Made by a program: the position numbers and the translations under genes. From NCBI GenBank assembly GCA_963778655.1, contig CAVZVA010000003.1, positions 64,001-128,000 on the forward strand: 64,000 nucleotides of DNA, written 5' to 3'. The notes beneath the pieces are model-generated. The model worked only from the letters and a program-made list of their open reading frames with translations, was not told the DNA's origin and ran no database searches. Source of the DNA: an uncultured delta proteobacterium (lineage in GTDB: Bacteria; Myxococcota_A; Polyangia; Polyangiales; JAFGIB01). Shown one piece after another: positions 30,041 to 41,224 of this stretch (positions are counted from its first letter, which is position 1; each line of letters opens with the position of its first letter).

Positions 30041-31078
30041 CTAACGTGCGCGCCCCCAGAACCACTCGACCTGCGCGCGGGCCCGGCGCTCGCTCAGCCA
30101 ATGCTCGAACAGCAGCTCTGCGACCCGTTCGCGCGTCGCCGCGTCGAGCACCGCGCGCTCGATGGCGAGCACGCGCACGACCGCGAACTCTTCACCGCTC
30201 GGCATTGGCCCCGCGAGCTCGCCCTCGAGAGCAGCGAAGATCGGCCCGGCCTGCTCGGGGGCGAGCGCGCTCCTCTGCACGCGCATGAAGAGCTTGTCGC
30301 CGCCTTTGCCGCGCGCAAGAAAGGCTGCGCTTGCCGCCGCGAAATAGTCCAGCGCGCCCGATCGGATCCGGGCGCAGATGCTCTGCGCCTTCTCGGCGGT
30401 CTCGACCTCGAAGCGAGCGATGTAGGCGCGGTCGAAGTCCGCTGCGTGCTCGGCGAAGTAGCCGTCGATGTGCGGCGAGGTTATCCTCTCGCGCAAGGCA
30501 TTGCGCGCGAGCTCGCCTGCGAGCTGTGCCTCGAGCCCCTGTTCAGTCATGCCGTGAGCCGCGAGCCAGCGCTCGGTGCTCGCGACCGTGTGCAGCTCGC
30601 GAGCGCAGCGGAAGGCATCGAGCGCAGCTTGCAGCTCCTGGTCGGACACAGAGATGCGTTCCGCGTCGAGGACCTCGTCGATCAAGCACATGTCGACCAA
30701 ACCCCTGGCGATCGGCGCCTGATCCCAGATCGCGTCGCATGCTGCCATCGCATCCTCGATCGTGAGCACGCGGCCGTTTACGCTCAACAACTCGTATTCG
30801 CGAGCATGGTGCACGCCGCGCAGCGGCCAGGGCAACTCCGCTTCCGGCGCAAAGCTCAGCGACAGCGTCCCGCGGCCGGAAAAGCGCAACAGAGCGTCAT
30901 AGTGGACTGCAGACGTCAGCGCTTGCTCCTCCCACACCAGCTCGAGCCCGAGCTGCGGGAAGCGCCGGCCTATCAGCGCCATCTTCCGTTGCGCTTCGGC
31001 CGTGTCGACTCGTTCACGGCTCAAGTCGAGCAGGCAGGCAAGCACCTCTCTCACGGCGCGCTGCTCCGCGGCGTTCAT
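30041..31078 (-). CDS. TIGR04500-like putative peptide maturation protein (PpiC/parvulin-related C-terminus)
   Basis: LELVWEEQ, VHYDALL, TLSLSFAP...LPWPLRG, LLSVNG, then SurA/PpiC-like region ending LFEHWLSERRARAQVEWFWG. ATGA overlap with the ATP-grasp gene. Confidence 0.8.
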   Translation of the reverse strand: MNAAEQRAVREVLACLLDLSRERVDTAEAQRKMALIGRRFPQLGLELVWEEQALTSAVHYDALLRFSGRGTLSLSFAPEAELPWPLRGVHHAREYELLSVNGRVLTIEDAMAACDAIWDQAPIARGLVDMCLIDEVLDAERISVSDQELQAALDAFRCARELHTVASTERWLAAHGMTEQGLEAQLAGELARNALRERITSPHIDGYFAEHAADFDRAYIARFEVETAEKAQSICARIRSGALDYFAAASAAFLARGKGGDKLFMRVQRSALAPEQAGPIFAALEGELAGPMPSGEEFAVVRVLAIERAVLDAATRERVAELLFEHWLSERRARAQVEWFWGRAR

Positions 31079-32094
31079 GCCTGCCCCGCCCCGGGCGAGG
31101 AGCTCTCGGCCCGGCTCCGGGTTGGCTCGCGTGAGACCAAGAGGTCGCAAACCGCATCGCTGATCGGAAGCCCGGTGAGGCTCTCGATCCACAGGTACTC
31201 GCCGTTCGGATTGAGCTCGAGGAACACGTAACGCGAATCTGGGGTGACGATCATGTCGATGGCCCCGAACAGCAGGCCGAGGTCGGCGATCATCCGCACG
31301 CACGCTTGCTGCAGCTGGACGGGGAGCTCATGCGTCCGGTGCGGGGTGTGGGCGGTGTCGTGGTGTCGCCAATCGTAGCGGGTGTGGTTCGCGCGCTGAG
31401 AATCGATCTCCGCGGCGAAGACCCGCTGTCCGACCACGGTGACCCGCAGCTCGATCCGCTTTTCGACGTACGCCTGAACGATCGTAGGACAACACTCCGA
31501 CCCGTACACGTGCGCGAGGTCGCGTCGCGAGACCAAATAGGTGAAGGGGCGAACGCGAGCGCCGTCGTCGGCGAACACGTCCGCGGATTTGAGCGCCTTG
31601 CGGACGATCTTACCTCGGTGCTGCCGGTAGAACTCCAAGATCTCCGCAGGGCTGTTCGTGATCAGCGTCGGCGGGATCTCAAGACCCAGCGACCGCGCGA
31701 AATCGAGCTGAAAGACCTTCGAGCTCGCCTGCTCGATGCGAGCGGGTGTGCCGGGGAGCCAAAGGCCGGCGTGCGCATTCCACACGCTCTCGAGAAGCGT
31801 GTTGCATTGGGTTTCGACCCAGGGGCGGGTCGCTTGCGCCCGCAGGTAGTCGTGCACGACAGGCTGCTGCGGGCGGCGATACCAGACGGCCGTAACCCGC
31901 GCGAGGTCGAAGCGCGAGTCGCCGACCTGAGCCACCCGTTGAGTTGCGCCGTGGTTTCCGTAGCGCAGCGACAGGCGCGCGTGCTGCGGGAAGCTCGCGT
32001 GGCTGAAACGGGCGACTTCGACGCCCCGCCGCGCCAACCGCGGCAGCATGGCTGAAGCGTGCGCGTCATCCGGACGGGTTATGATCAGAATCAC
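31075..32094 (-). CDS. ATP-grasp ribosomal peptide maturase (MvdC/MvdD-like graspetide synthetase)
   Basis: ILIITRPDDAH, AVWYRRP, KVFQL..A..LGLEIPPTLITN, QAYVEKRIELRVTVVG, DWR, FGAIDMIVTP, FLELNPNGEYLWIE. Confidence 0.92.
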   Translation of the reverse strand: MILIITRPDDAHASAMLPRLARRGVEVARFSHASFPQHARLSLRYGNHGATQRVAQVGDSRFDLARVTAVWYRRPQQPVVHDYLRAQATRPWVETQCNTLLESVWNAHAGLWLPGTPARIEQASSKVFQLDFARSLGLEIPPTLITNSPAEILEFYRQHRGKIVRKALKSADVFADDGARVRPFTYLVSRRDLAHVYGSECCPTIVQAYVEKRIELRVTVVGQRVFAAEIDSQRANHTRYDWRHHDTAHTPHRTHELPVQLQQACVRMIADLGLLFGAIDMIVTPDSRYVFLELNPNGEYLWIESLTGLPISDAVCDLLVSREPTRSRAESSSPGAGQA

Positions 32095-32243
32095 GGGGTC
32101 GCCGTCCCCTTCGAGCCGGGCCGGCGGCTCGAGCGAAGCGACCGCGCGCGCTGCGTCGCACGACCTTCCGCTGACAAGAAGAGCTAGCGCTGCCGGTCTC
32201 GACGCCAGCCGAGCAACGCGTGCGGTCGGTCCGAGGCGCTGCG

Positions 32244-32426
32244 CTAGTAGTCGCCGACGTGTCCCTTTTGCTGGACGATTTCGTCGCCGTACAGGCGGCG
32301 CGCGCGCATCATCCCGCCGCTGACGCGTTCCATCTCGGACTCGGACAGCTCCCGAACGGTCTTCTTCTTCTTCTTCGGGATGTCCTTTGCCTTGCTGACC
32401 TTCTTCTTGACGGCTTTCTTCGCCAT
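32244..32426 (-). CDS. RiPP precursor peptide P1 (Lys-rich double-glycine leader)
   Basis: GAGAGG RBS. 38-aa leader ending RELSESEMERVSGG; 22-aa core MMRARRLYGDEIVQQKGHVGDY. Directly upstream of the ATP-grasp gene. Confidence 0.85.
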   Translation of the reverse strand: MAKKAVKKKVSKAKDIPKKKKKTVRELSESEMERVSGGMMRARRLYGDEIVQQKGHVGDY

Positions 32427-32865
32427 GGTCTGCCTCTCACTGCCCGTTCGCCGCGATCGAGCCTTGCGACAAACAAGGTTTCACGGATCGATTTTGCCGT
32501 CAACGGGCTCCCCCCCCCACTGCTGCAACCAGACCGCGACATCGAAGTCGGTGGGGTCGTTCCAGGCCGGACGGACGGGGCAAGCGCGCAGCCTCGCCGT
32601 GCTCGCGGCAAGCGCCGGTCCCGGTGCCCGCAAGCGGCGGCTGCCATCCCGGTGTAGGGGAAGGTGGCGGTGGCTACCGTGTCCGCCGCCGGGCAGGCCG
32701 CGGTGCCCACCGGGCCGGTCCGGGTTGGGGTGTCAACCCGGGACGCCGCTACTACGGCGGCGAGCCCTGGCGCGCCAATAGGCGAAGAACGGGCGCCACG
32801 GTCGGCTTGAAGCCCGACCCCACGGCGTTTCCCCTTTGTTTGACACGGGGCAACCTGAGGCCCAA

Positions 32866-35313
32866 CTACTTGCGCTTCTTGATGTAGAGCCGCCATTGGT
32901 CGCGAGCGCTGAACACTTCCTGGAAGTTGTGGCGCAGCACCGACTTGGTCTTGCGATGGATCGGCGTCTGCCAGCCGATGAACGCGGCGTCGACGTAAGA
33001 CAAGGCCGCCGGCAAGACCCGCTGGTCGGGCCGGATCCCCGCTTTGGGCCTGGGCGAACCCCGCTTGCGCGGAAGGCATTCGGGGGCCGCGAGCTCTCCG
33101 ATCGGATAGATCGAGCTCCCATATCCGTCGAGCCCGAACAGCAGCACGTCGTAGGGGGGCTCGTCCGGCGGACGCGCCTTGGGCATCTTGTACAAGCGAT
33201 ATCCGCCGAACCTGCCCATCGACACTGCGTAGCGCTTGACCAGAGCGTCCCACAGCACTTCTTCTTGCTTCGAATCCGCTGGCAGGGGGTCGCGCTCGAC
33301 CATCAGGTGGGTGATGCCGAGCGAACGGTAGTAATCGAACAACTCCTGCGGCGTGCGCAGCGGGCGATAGTCGATCATTCCCTGGAAGCCTGCCCAATCG
33401 AGCACGATCTCTCGGTTGACGCCGAGACTCCTGTGGCACATGTGCAGCAACACGCGCGCCTCCTTGGGCAGCGCCTTACCCATGGCCACGAATTCCGCGC
33501 GGTAGTGATCGAAGCGCGTTCGCGCCTGTCCTTCGAAGCCGCTGCGAATCAGGTCCATCGAGCTACGAATGGTGTTGTGACTGGTGTAGAAGAGGGCGTC
33601 CCCGCCCCAAACGATCTGCAGCGCGACCAGCGGTACCAGACCGGCGCGGGCGATCGGCCCCAGTCGCCAGGCCTTGACCAGGCATGCCGTGGTCGCGCAC
33701 ACCAGCACCGGCATGAAGGTCTGCAGGTTGCGGTCCACGTTGTACAACGCGCCCCAGGCCAGCAGCGCGCCGCTGCCCAGGCCGGTCAGCAGCAGCAGGC
33801 GCCGTCGGTCTGGGACGAAGAACGCGATCGGCAGCAGCAAGGTGAAGAGCGAGCCGAACGACGGCACGTCCTTGGTGAAGGAATAGTGCGGCTTGAACGA
33901 GAAGGTGAAGAACAGCTCCACCGCGTGCCGCAGCCTCTCCCACACGTCGCCCGTGGGCCGGAACTTGGGATCGACCAGCTGCCGGCTGATCAGGGCCGAA
34001 GCATCTCGCACGGTCGGCCTGCTGCTGCGAAAGACATCCTGCAGGAATGGATAGACCGGGTTGTTGTGAAACACGATCTGGCGGATGCACTGCGGTGAGA
34101 ACAGCAGCAGCCCCAGCCCTACGATCAGCACGGGCGCCCAGAGCAAATGCTGCAAGGGCACCGGCGCGCGCGCACCCGTGCCCTCTCGGCGGCGCGCATA
34201 CCTCGAGAGCTCGACGATCCAGCACCCGGCGATCGCGAGCCCCGCGGGCAACAGCAGATACACGGCCTGGAATTTCGTCAGCAGGTCGCCCGCGCACACG
34301 ATCGCGACCAGTGCTGCGGCACCCAGGGAGAAGCGCGAGCACAAGCGCAGCGTCGCGAGCGCGATCGGTACCGAGAAGAAGCCGCAAACGTGATCGGCGG
34401 AGCCGCCGAGGTTATCGTCATAGACGAAGATGATGGGGAACAAGAAGAAGCCAACCCACGCACCGCGGAGCTGCGGGTCCCCGACGACGGCACGCACGCA
34501 CGCCGCAACGCCGGCCAGCGTCCACAACAGCAACCCCAGCTCCAGGTGCAGCGCCAGCATCCAGCGCAAGGCCGTGTGCTCCAGCCCGGGCACCAGAAAG
34601 CCCCAGGTGAAGATCAAGCTCGCCAGGTGCGGCATGTTCTTGTTGTAGTCGCCGGGGAAGTCCACCATCCGGCCGGCGCGCGCGTACTCCTGAGCCACCA
34701 CCACGTGCGACCACGTCGCGTCGTAGTTGAGGGAGTCCGGCGTCATCAGTCCGAGGTAGAGCAGCCCCAGGCACCCCACCCCTGCGACGCCCAGCGCGAT
34801 CGGCAGCAGGCCGCCCGGCCGCGGCTGCGCGAGCTCGGACCACAGCGCCCGTAGCACGCGCGCGCCGTCCTTCGCCCCAACGGCCAGCATGAGCAGCGGA
34901 AGCGCGACCGCAAAGCGCGGGTCGTACCAGGCGCACGCTCCACCCAGATACATCGCCAGCGTGAACACCACGACGCCGACCGCGGTGCCCAAGACGGCAG
35001 CCTCCAGGGCCGGAGGGTCCGCGAGCTTCAACACCCGCGTCAGGACGCTCAGGCCCGCGCTCATGCACGCCAGGCTGAACAGGGCCACCCAACCCCAGAG
35101 CATCGCGAGCTGCCAGAACAGCCACAGCGGCACCGGGTAGACTCCGTTCAGAAACCGCGCGTAGAACAGCGCCGCTAGCATCGCGAGCACACACGCGCAG
35201 CCCGCTGCGACGCGCCGCCTCTCACGCCGCAGCCAGGAGACGCCGCCGATCAGCCGGCGCACTGCGGGTCGCGTCGCGCGCGCCGGCGGCTCGGTCCGGG
35301 CGTCGTGCCTCAT
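32866..35313 (-). CDS. Polytopic membrane protein, possibly GT-C fold
   Basis: AGGAGG RBS; many hydrophobic helices; loop PDSLNYDATWSH; soluble C-terminal domain. Confidence 0.65.
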   Translation of the reverse strand: MRHDARTEPPARATRPAVRRLIGGVSWLRRERRRVAAGCACVLAMLAALFYARFLNGVYPVPLWLFWQLAMLWGWVALFSLACMSAGLSVLTRVLKLADPPALEAAVLGTAVGVVVFTLAMYLGGACAWYDPRFAVALPLLMLAVGAKDGARVLRALWSELAQPRPGGLLPIALGVAGVGCLGLLYLGLMTPDSLNYDATWSHVVVAQEYARAGRMVDFPGDYNKNMPHLASLIFTWGFLVPGLEHTALRWMLALHLELGLLLWTLAGVAACVRAVVGDPQLRGAWVGFFLFPIIFVYDDNLGGSADHVCGFFSVPIALATLRLCSRFSLGAAALVAIVCAGDLLTKFQAVYLLLPAGLAIAGCWIVELSRYARRREGTGARAPVPLQHLLWAPVLIVGLGLLLFSPQCIRQIVFHNNPVYPFLQDVFRSSRPTVRDASALISRQLVDPKFRPTGDVWERLRHAVELFFTFSFKPHYSFTKDVPSFGSLFTLLLPIAFFVPDRRRLLLLTGLGSGALLAWGALYNVDRNLQTFMPVLVCATTACLVKAWRLGPIARAGLVPLVALQIVWGGDALFYTSHNTIRSSMDLIRSGFEGQARTRFDHYRAEFVAMGKALPKEARVLLHMCHRSLGVNREIVLDWAGFQGMIDYRPLRTPQELFDYYRSLGITHLMVERDPLPADSKQEEVLWDALVKRYAVSMGRFGGYRLYKMPKARPPDEPPYDVLLFGLDGYGSSIYPIGELAAPECLPRKRGSPRPKAGIRPDQRVLPAALSYVDAAFIGWQTPIHRKTKSVLRHNFQEVFSARDQWRLYIKKRK

Positions 35314-35688
35314 GGTGACCTCCTGCGCGCGGACGCGCTCGAGGGCCAGGCCGGCAGCACGATGGAGGCGAGCGGCTCTTGCACGGCTTTGGGGGCGCAG
35401 CGTAGCACGCGGGCCAAGAGTCCGCGCGGGCCATCGGACGCGCGCAAGCAAGCGACTGCCATCCGGGGCTCAACTGCGTGTCGAATGCGTTCTGCGGCGG
35501 CCCGTTCTTCTGAATCGCGCGCGACTGCCCTTACGGCCGGCGAGTCGTCGCCGCCTGCCAGGTGAGCAGCAGCTGCAGTGGTCCCGTGCTTTCTTTGACG
35601 GAAGCGAGACTCCGGAGCCACTGCGCAGTAGATGAGGCGGTTCGACACTGGGCGTGTCTTTGCAGACAGGGGCACGAGGCTCGCAGAC

Positions 35689-37160
35689 ATGACGCGAACT
35701 CGAACACGCGGTCTTGCGTTCGCGTCGCTCTGCTTGGGGCTGCTCGCGCCGGCGCCGGCGCTCGCAGCGTCGTTGCAAAAGGTCGACCAGAGCGATTGGG
35801 CGGTGAGCGGCCTTCCCGCCTACGTCAACATGTACATCTACGTGCCTGACAAGCTCGCGGGCAAGCCTCCGATCGTGGTTGCGCCGCACCATTGTCAGGG
35901 AACGGGCCCAGGGACGTATGGCGAGATGTCGAGCCTGGTGTCGATTGCCAACACCAATGGCTTCATCATGATCTTCCCGGAAGCGACCGGCGAGAACTGC
36001 TGGGACGCAGGGTCCGTCCGATCCCTCACTCACGACGGCGGAGGTGACACGCAAGCCATCGTTCAGATGGTGCGGTACACCCTGTCCAAGTACAACGGCG
36101 ACGCGAGTCGCGTGTACTCGGTGGGCGGCTCCTCCGGAGGCATCATGACCGAGGCGTTGCTGGGCGTATATCCCGACGTCTTCATGGCGGGCGTGTCGCT
36201 GATGGGCGTCCCGTGCGGCTGCTGGGCCCAGGGTTATAACGACGTCACCGGGACGGGGAACGCCGCCCAGTGGAGCGGAGCTTGCGGGGGAGGCAACGTC
36301 ACCAAGACCGGGCAGCAGTGGGGCGACCTCGTGCGTTCCTATTTTCCGGGCTACGACGGACATCGTCCACGCCTGCAGCATTGGCACGGCACGGCCGACA
36401 CGACGCTCAACTACAAGAACATGGCCGAAGACATCAAGGAGTGGACGAACCTGCTCGGCTTGAGTGAAAACCCGACTGGGTCCGACATGCCCAACAGCGG
36501 AACCACGCACCAGTTCTGGACGAATCCGTGCGGCTATACCGTCTACGAGACATTTTCGTTGGCTGGCGTCGGACACGCCGTGCCTTTTGACGGCAACGCC
36601 GTCGCTGCCTATTTCGGTCTCGACAAGCCCGGTGGTCAGGATCCGGAGACCGCGGCGTGTCCCGGCGCGGTTCCCGGTGGCGCGGGGAACGCCGGCGCCG
36701 GCGGTGTAGGCGGGGCCGGTGGTGTAGGTGGGGCCGGTGGTGTGGGCGGGGCGGCCGGGACGGGCGGTGCGAGCGGTGCAAGCGGCGCGGCTGGTGCGCC
36801 GGCCGGCGGTGGCATGAGCGGCAGCGTCGGTGCCTCGGGTGGCAGCGGCGTCGGCGGCGCTCCGGGTAGCGGCGGCGCGCAGGCGATCGGTAGCTCGGGC
36901 GGCGGCGGCGCGAGCGGAGTTGCCGGCAGCGCGGGCACGGGCGGTGTCCAGGTCGCGAGCGCTACCGGCGGCATGGGCCTCGACAGCGGCACCGGGGGCA
37001 GCTTGATCGCTGCAGACCCCACCCCGATGCAGCACCCGAGCTCCGGCTGCAGCTGCGCCCTGGCCCAGCGTGGGTCGAGCTCCGGCGCCGATGGCTCGGG
37101 TCTCCTCGTCGCGGCGCTGGGACTCCTGATCGCGCGGGCGCGGCGCCGCGCGCGCGGGCG
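35689..37160 (+). CDS. Secreted PHB-depolymerase-family/CE1-like esterase with Gly-rich linker and MYXO-CTERM-type anchor (no in-frame stop; frame continues into the xylanase)
   Basis: Signal peptide, MYIYVP, NCWD, VGGSSGG nucleophile, [18 protein letters not shown] plus hydrophobic helix plus RRRAR. End approximate. Confidence 0.8.
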
Positions 37161-37425
37161 CGCTGGCGGGCGAGCGTCACGCGTCACGGTGCGCACGGTC
37201 CGCGGCCGCAGAGCACCGGCTGGGCATCGGCGGCGATGCCCACGCCGGCGCGTGACGTCTCCGACTGGTCCTCCTCGCCGGGCTAAGATGGGTGGACGCG
37301 ATTGCGGCGCGGCTGACCTTCCCTTGCTCCCCAGAGCCCACCCCGGGGCGAGGCCCTCGGCTTCCTTTCGCTCCGTCTACCCGCAGTATTTTAGGCTCGC
37401 CTGGTCGTCGGTGCGGCATTTAGGC

Positions 37426-38541
37426 ATGGAGCCCGACTCCATCTTGTTGTGCGCGGCGCTCTTGGCCTCCTGCCTGGTCGCATGCGCGGGCGGCGGCAAC
37501 AACGGCGGTACGGGTGAAGCGATCGTGGGCGGTACGGGCGGCGTGAGCGGCGGCATCGGCACCGGCGGCATCGGCACCGGCGGCATCGGCACCGGCGGCA
37601 TCGGTACGGGCGGCATCGGCACCGGCGGCATCGGCACCGGCGGCATCGGCACCGGCGGCATCGGCACCGGCGGCATCGGCACCGGCGGCATCGGCACCGG
37701 CGGCATCGGCACCGGCGGCGTCGGCACCGGCGGCATCGGCACCGGCGGCATCGGCACCGGCGGCATCGGCACCGGCGGCATCGGCACCGGCGGCATCGGC
37801 ACCGGCGGCATCGGCGGTGCTAGCGGTTCCGGAGCAGGCGGCGGCGCAGCCGGCGGTGCCTCGACGGGCGGCACAGGCGGTACGGTAAGCTGCTCGGGTG
37901 CCCCCTTGAGCGGAGGAACTCCGCACTGCTCATCAAATGGCTCGGGCACCGCGGGCAGTTACTCGTGGTCCATCTGGTCGAGCGGAAGTGGGGGATGCAT
38001 CACCCCCTATGGGGTCGGTGCTGCGTTCAAGGCAACCTGGAACAACGCTGGGGACTTTCTGGCCCGCGAGGGCTTTCAGTGGGACGAGACCAAGACGTAC
38101 GACCAATATGGAAGCATCTCAGCGGACTACGCCTACACAAAAACGGGAAGCGCCGGAGGCTACTCATATATAGGAATCTATGGATGGTCGAACAACCCAC
38201 TGGTCGAATACTACATCGTCGACGACTGGTTCGGGTCGGGCCCACCCACGGGTGGTGGCGCCCTCAAGGGATCTCTGACCGTTGATGGCGGCACGTACAA
38301 CATCTATACGCACACGCAAACCAACCAACCTTCCATTCATGGCACAGCGACCTTTGTGCAGTTCTTCAGTATTCGGCAGACACCTCGTCAATGCGGACAT
38401 ATATCCATTAGCGAACACTTCAAGAAGTGGGCCAGCTTGGGCATGACACTGGGGAACATGTACGAGGCGAAGATTCTGGTAGAGGCAGGAGGTGGTAACG
38501 GAAGCATTGATTTCACGACGGCGACCATGACAGCCCAATGA
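37426..38541 (+). CDS. GH11 endo-1,4-beta-xylanase lipoprotein
   Basis: Lipobox CLVAC, Gly-rich repeat, [51 protein letters not shown]. Confidence 0.92.
   Translation: MEPDSILLCAALLASCLVACAGGGNNGGTGEAIVGGTGGVSGGIGTGGIGTGGIGTGGIGTGGIGTGGIGTGGIGTGGIGTGGIGTGGIGTGGIGTGGVGTGGIGTGGIGTGGIGTGGIGTGGIGTGGIGGASGSGAGGGAAGGASTGGTGGTVSCSGAPLSGGTPHCSSNGSGTAGSYSWSIWSSGSGGCITPYGVGAAFKATWNNAGDFLAREGFQWDETKTYDQYGSISADYAYTKTGSAGGYSYIGIYGWSNNPLVEYYIVDDWFGSGPPTGGGALKGSLTVDGGTYNIYTHTQTNQPSIHGTATFVQFFSIRQTPRQCGHISISEHFKKWASLGMTLGNMYEAKILVEAGGGNGSIDFTTATMTAQ
37549..37815 (+). repeat. 15-bp coding tandem repeat (GGCGGCATCGGCACC), about 17.8 copies, encoding GGIGT
   Basis: Read directly. Nearly perfect: one unit has synonymous changes and one encodes GGVGT. 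Confidence 0.95.
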
Positions 38542-38659
38542 GTCATCTCGCATTCGGCCGCGTTGGATGTATCGCTGAGCGAGCGCAATGGACGGGAGCC
38601 AAAGGCTCGCTCGGGCACTGGAAGCACAATGGACGGGCTTGTGGGCGGCGAGTGCGAGC

Positions 38660-40870
<2,211 letters not shown>

Positions 40871-40972
40871 TCAACCGCTCCAGCGGGCGTCCGCAATCCG
40901 ATCGTCGCCACCGAACCTGGTGAGCCCCGTCGAATATGCGAAGAACGTAGGAGCCACCGGCTCACCGCGCCA

Positions 40973-41009
40973 TTCGATTCTTAATATCGATTGGAGAGGC
41001 CAGAGCTAT
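40973..41009. promoter_or_regulatory. Candidate OxyR-type binding site upstream of katG
   Basis: TTCG-N7-ATAT-N7-AGAG-N7-CTAT, 12/16 match to ATAG-N7-CTAT-N7-ATAG-N7-CTAT, in an AT-rich patch. Confidence 0.5.
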
Positions 41010-41224
41010 ATTAGGCACGACCATCGCGTGCGCATAGATCAGAGCTCGCGATTCGATCCCGAATCGCGAGCTCTGAAGGCCCCCCGAGGGCCCCTTCCAC
41101 ATCAGGAAGGGAGCGGCGGCTTCAGCGGGTCCAACGCGGGTGCGAGCGGCGCACGGAACGCGTTCACGGCCGCCTGAGTCAAGCGCGCGCTGAAACCGAA
41201 GCTCGAACCGAGGTCGCCGCGCTT

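Noticed and set aside
32244..32426. P1 as a histone-like protein targeted by JmjC demethylases
   Set aside because: The canonical ELS...GG leader and position before the ATP-grasp gene explain it better as a precursor.
32475..32518. TTGACG with 17-bp spacer and a poly-G tract upstream of P1 as a phase-variable promoter
   Set aside because: The -10 element (AACCTT) is poor and the tract lies outside the spacer.
37549..37815. Tandem repeat as a CRISPR array
   Set aside because: No spacers, in-frame coding repeat, no cas genes.
35632..38541. 969-aa ORF as a bona fide single multidomain enzyme
   Set aside because: An internal C-terminal-type anchor, a non-protein-like linker and a second signal peptide argue for two genes.
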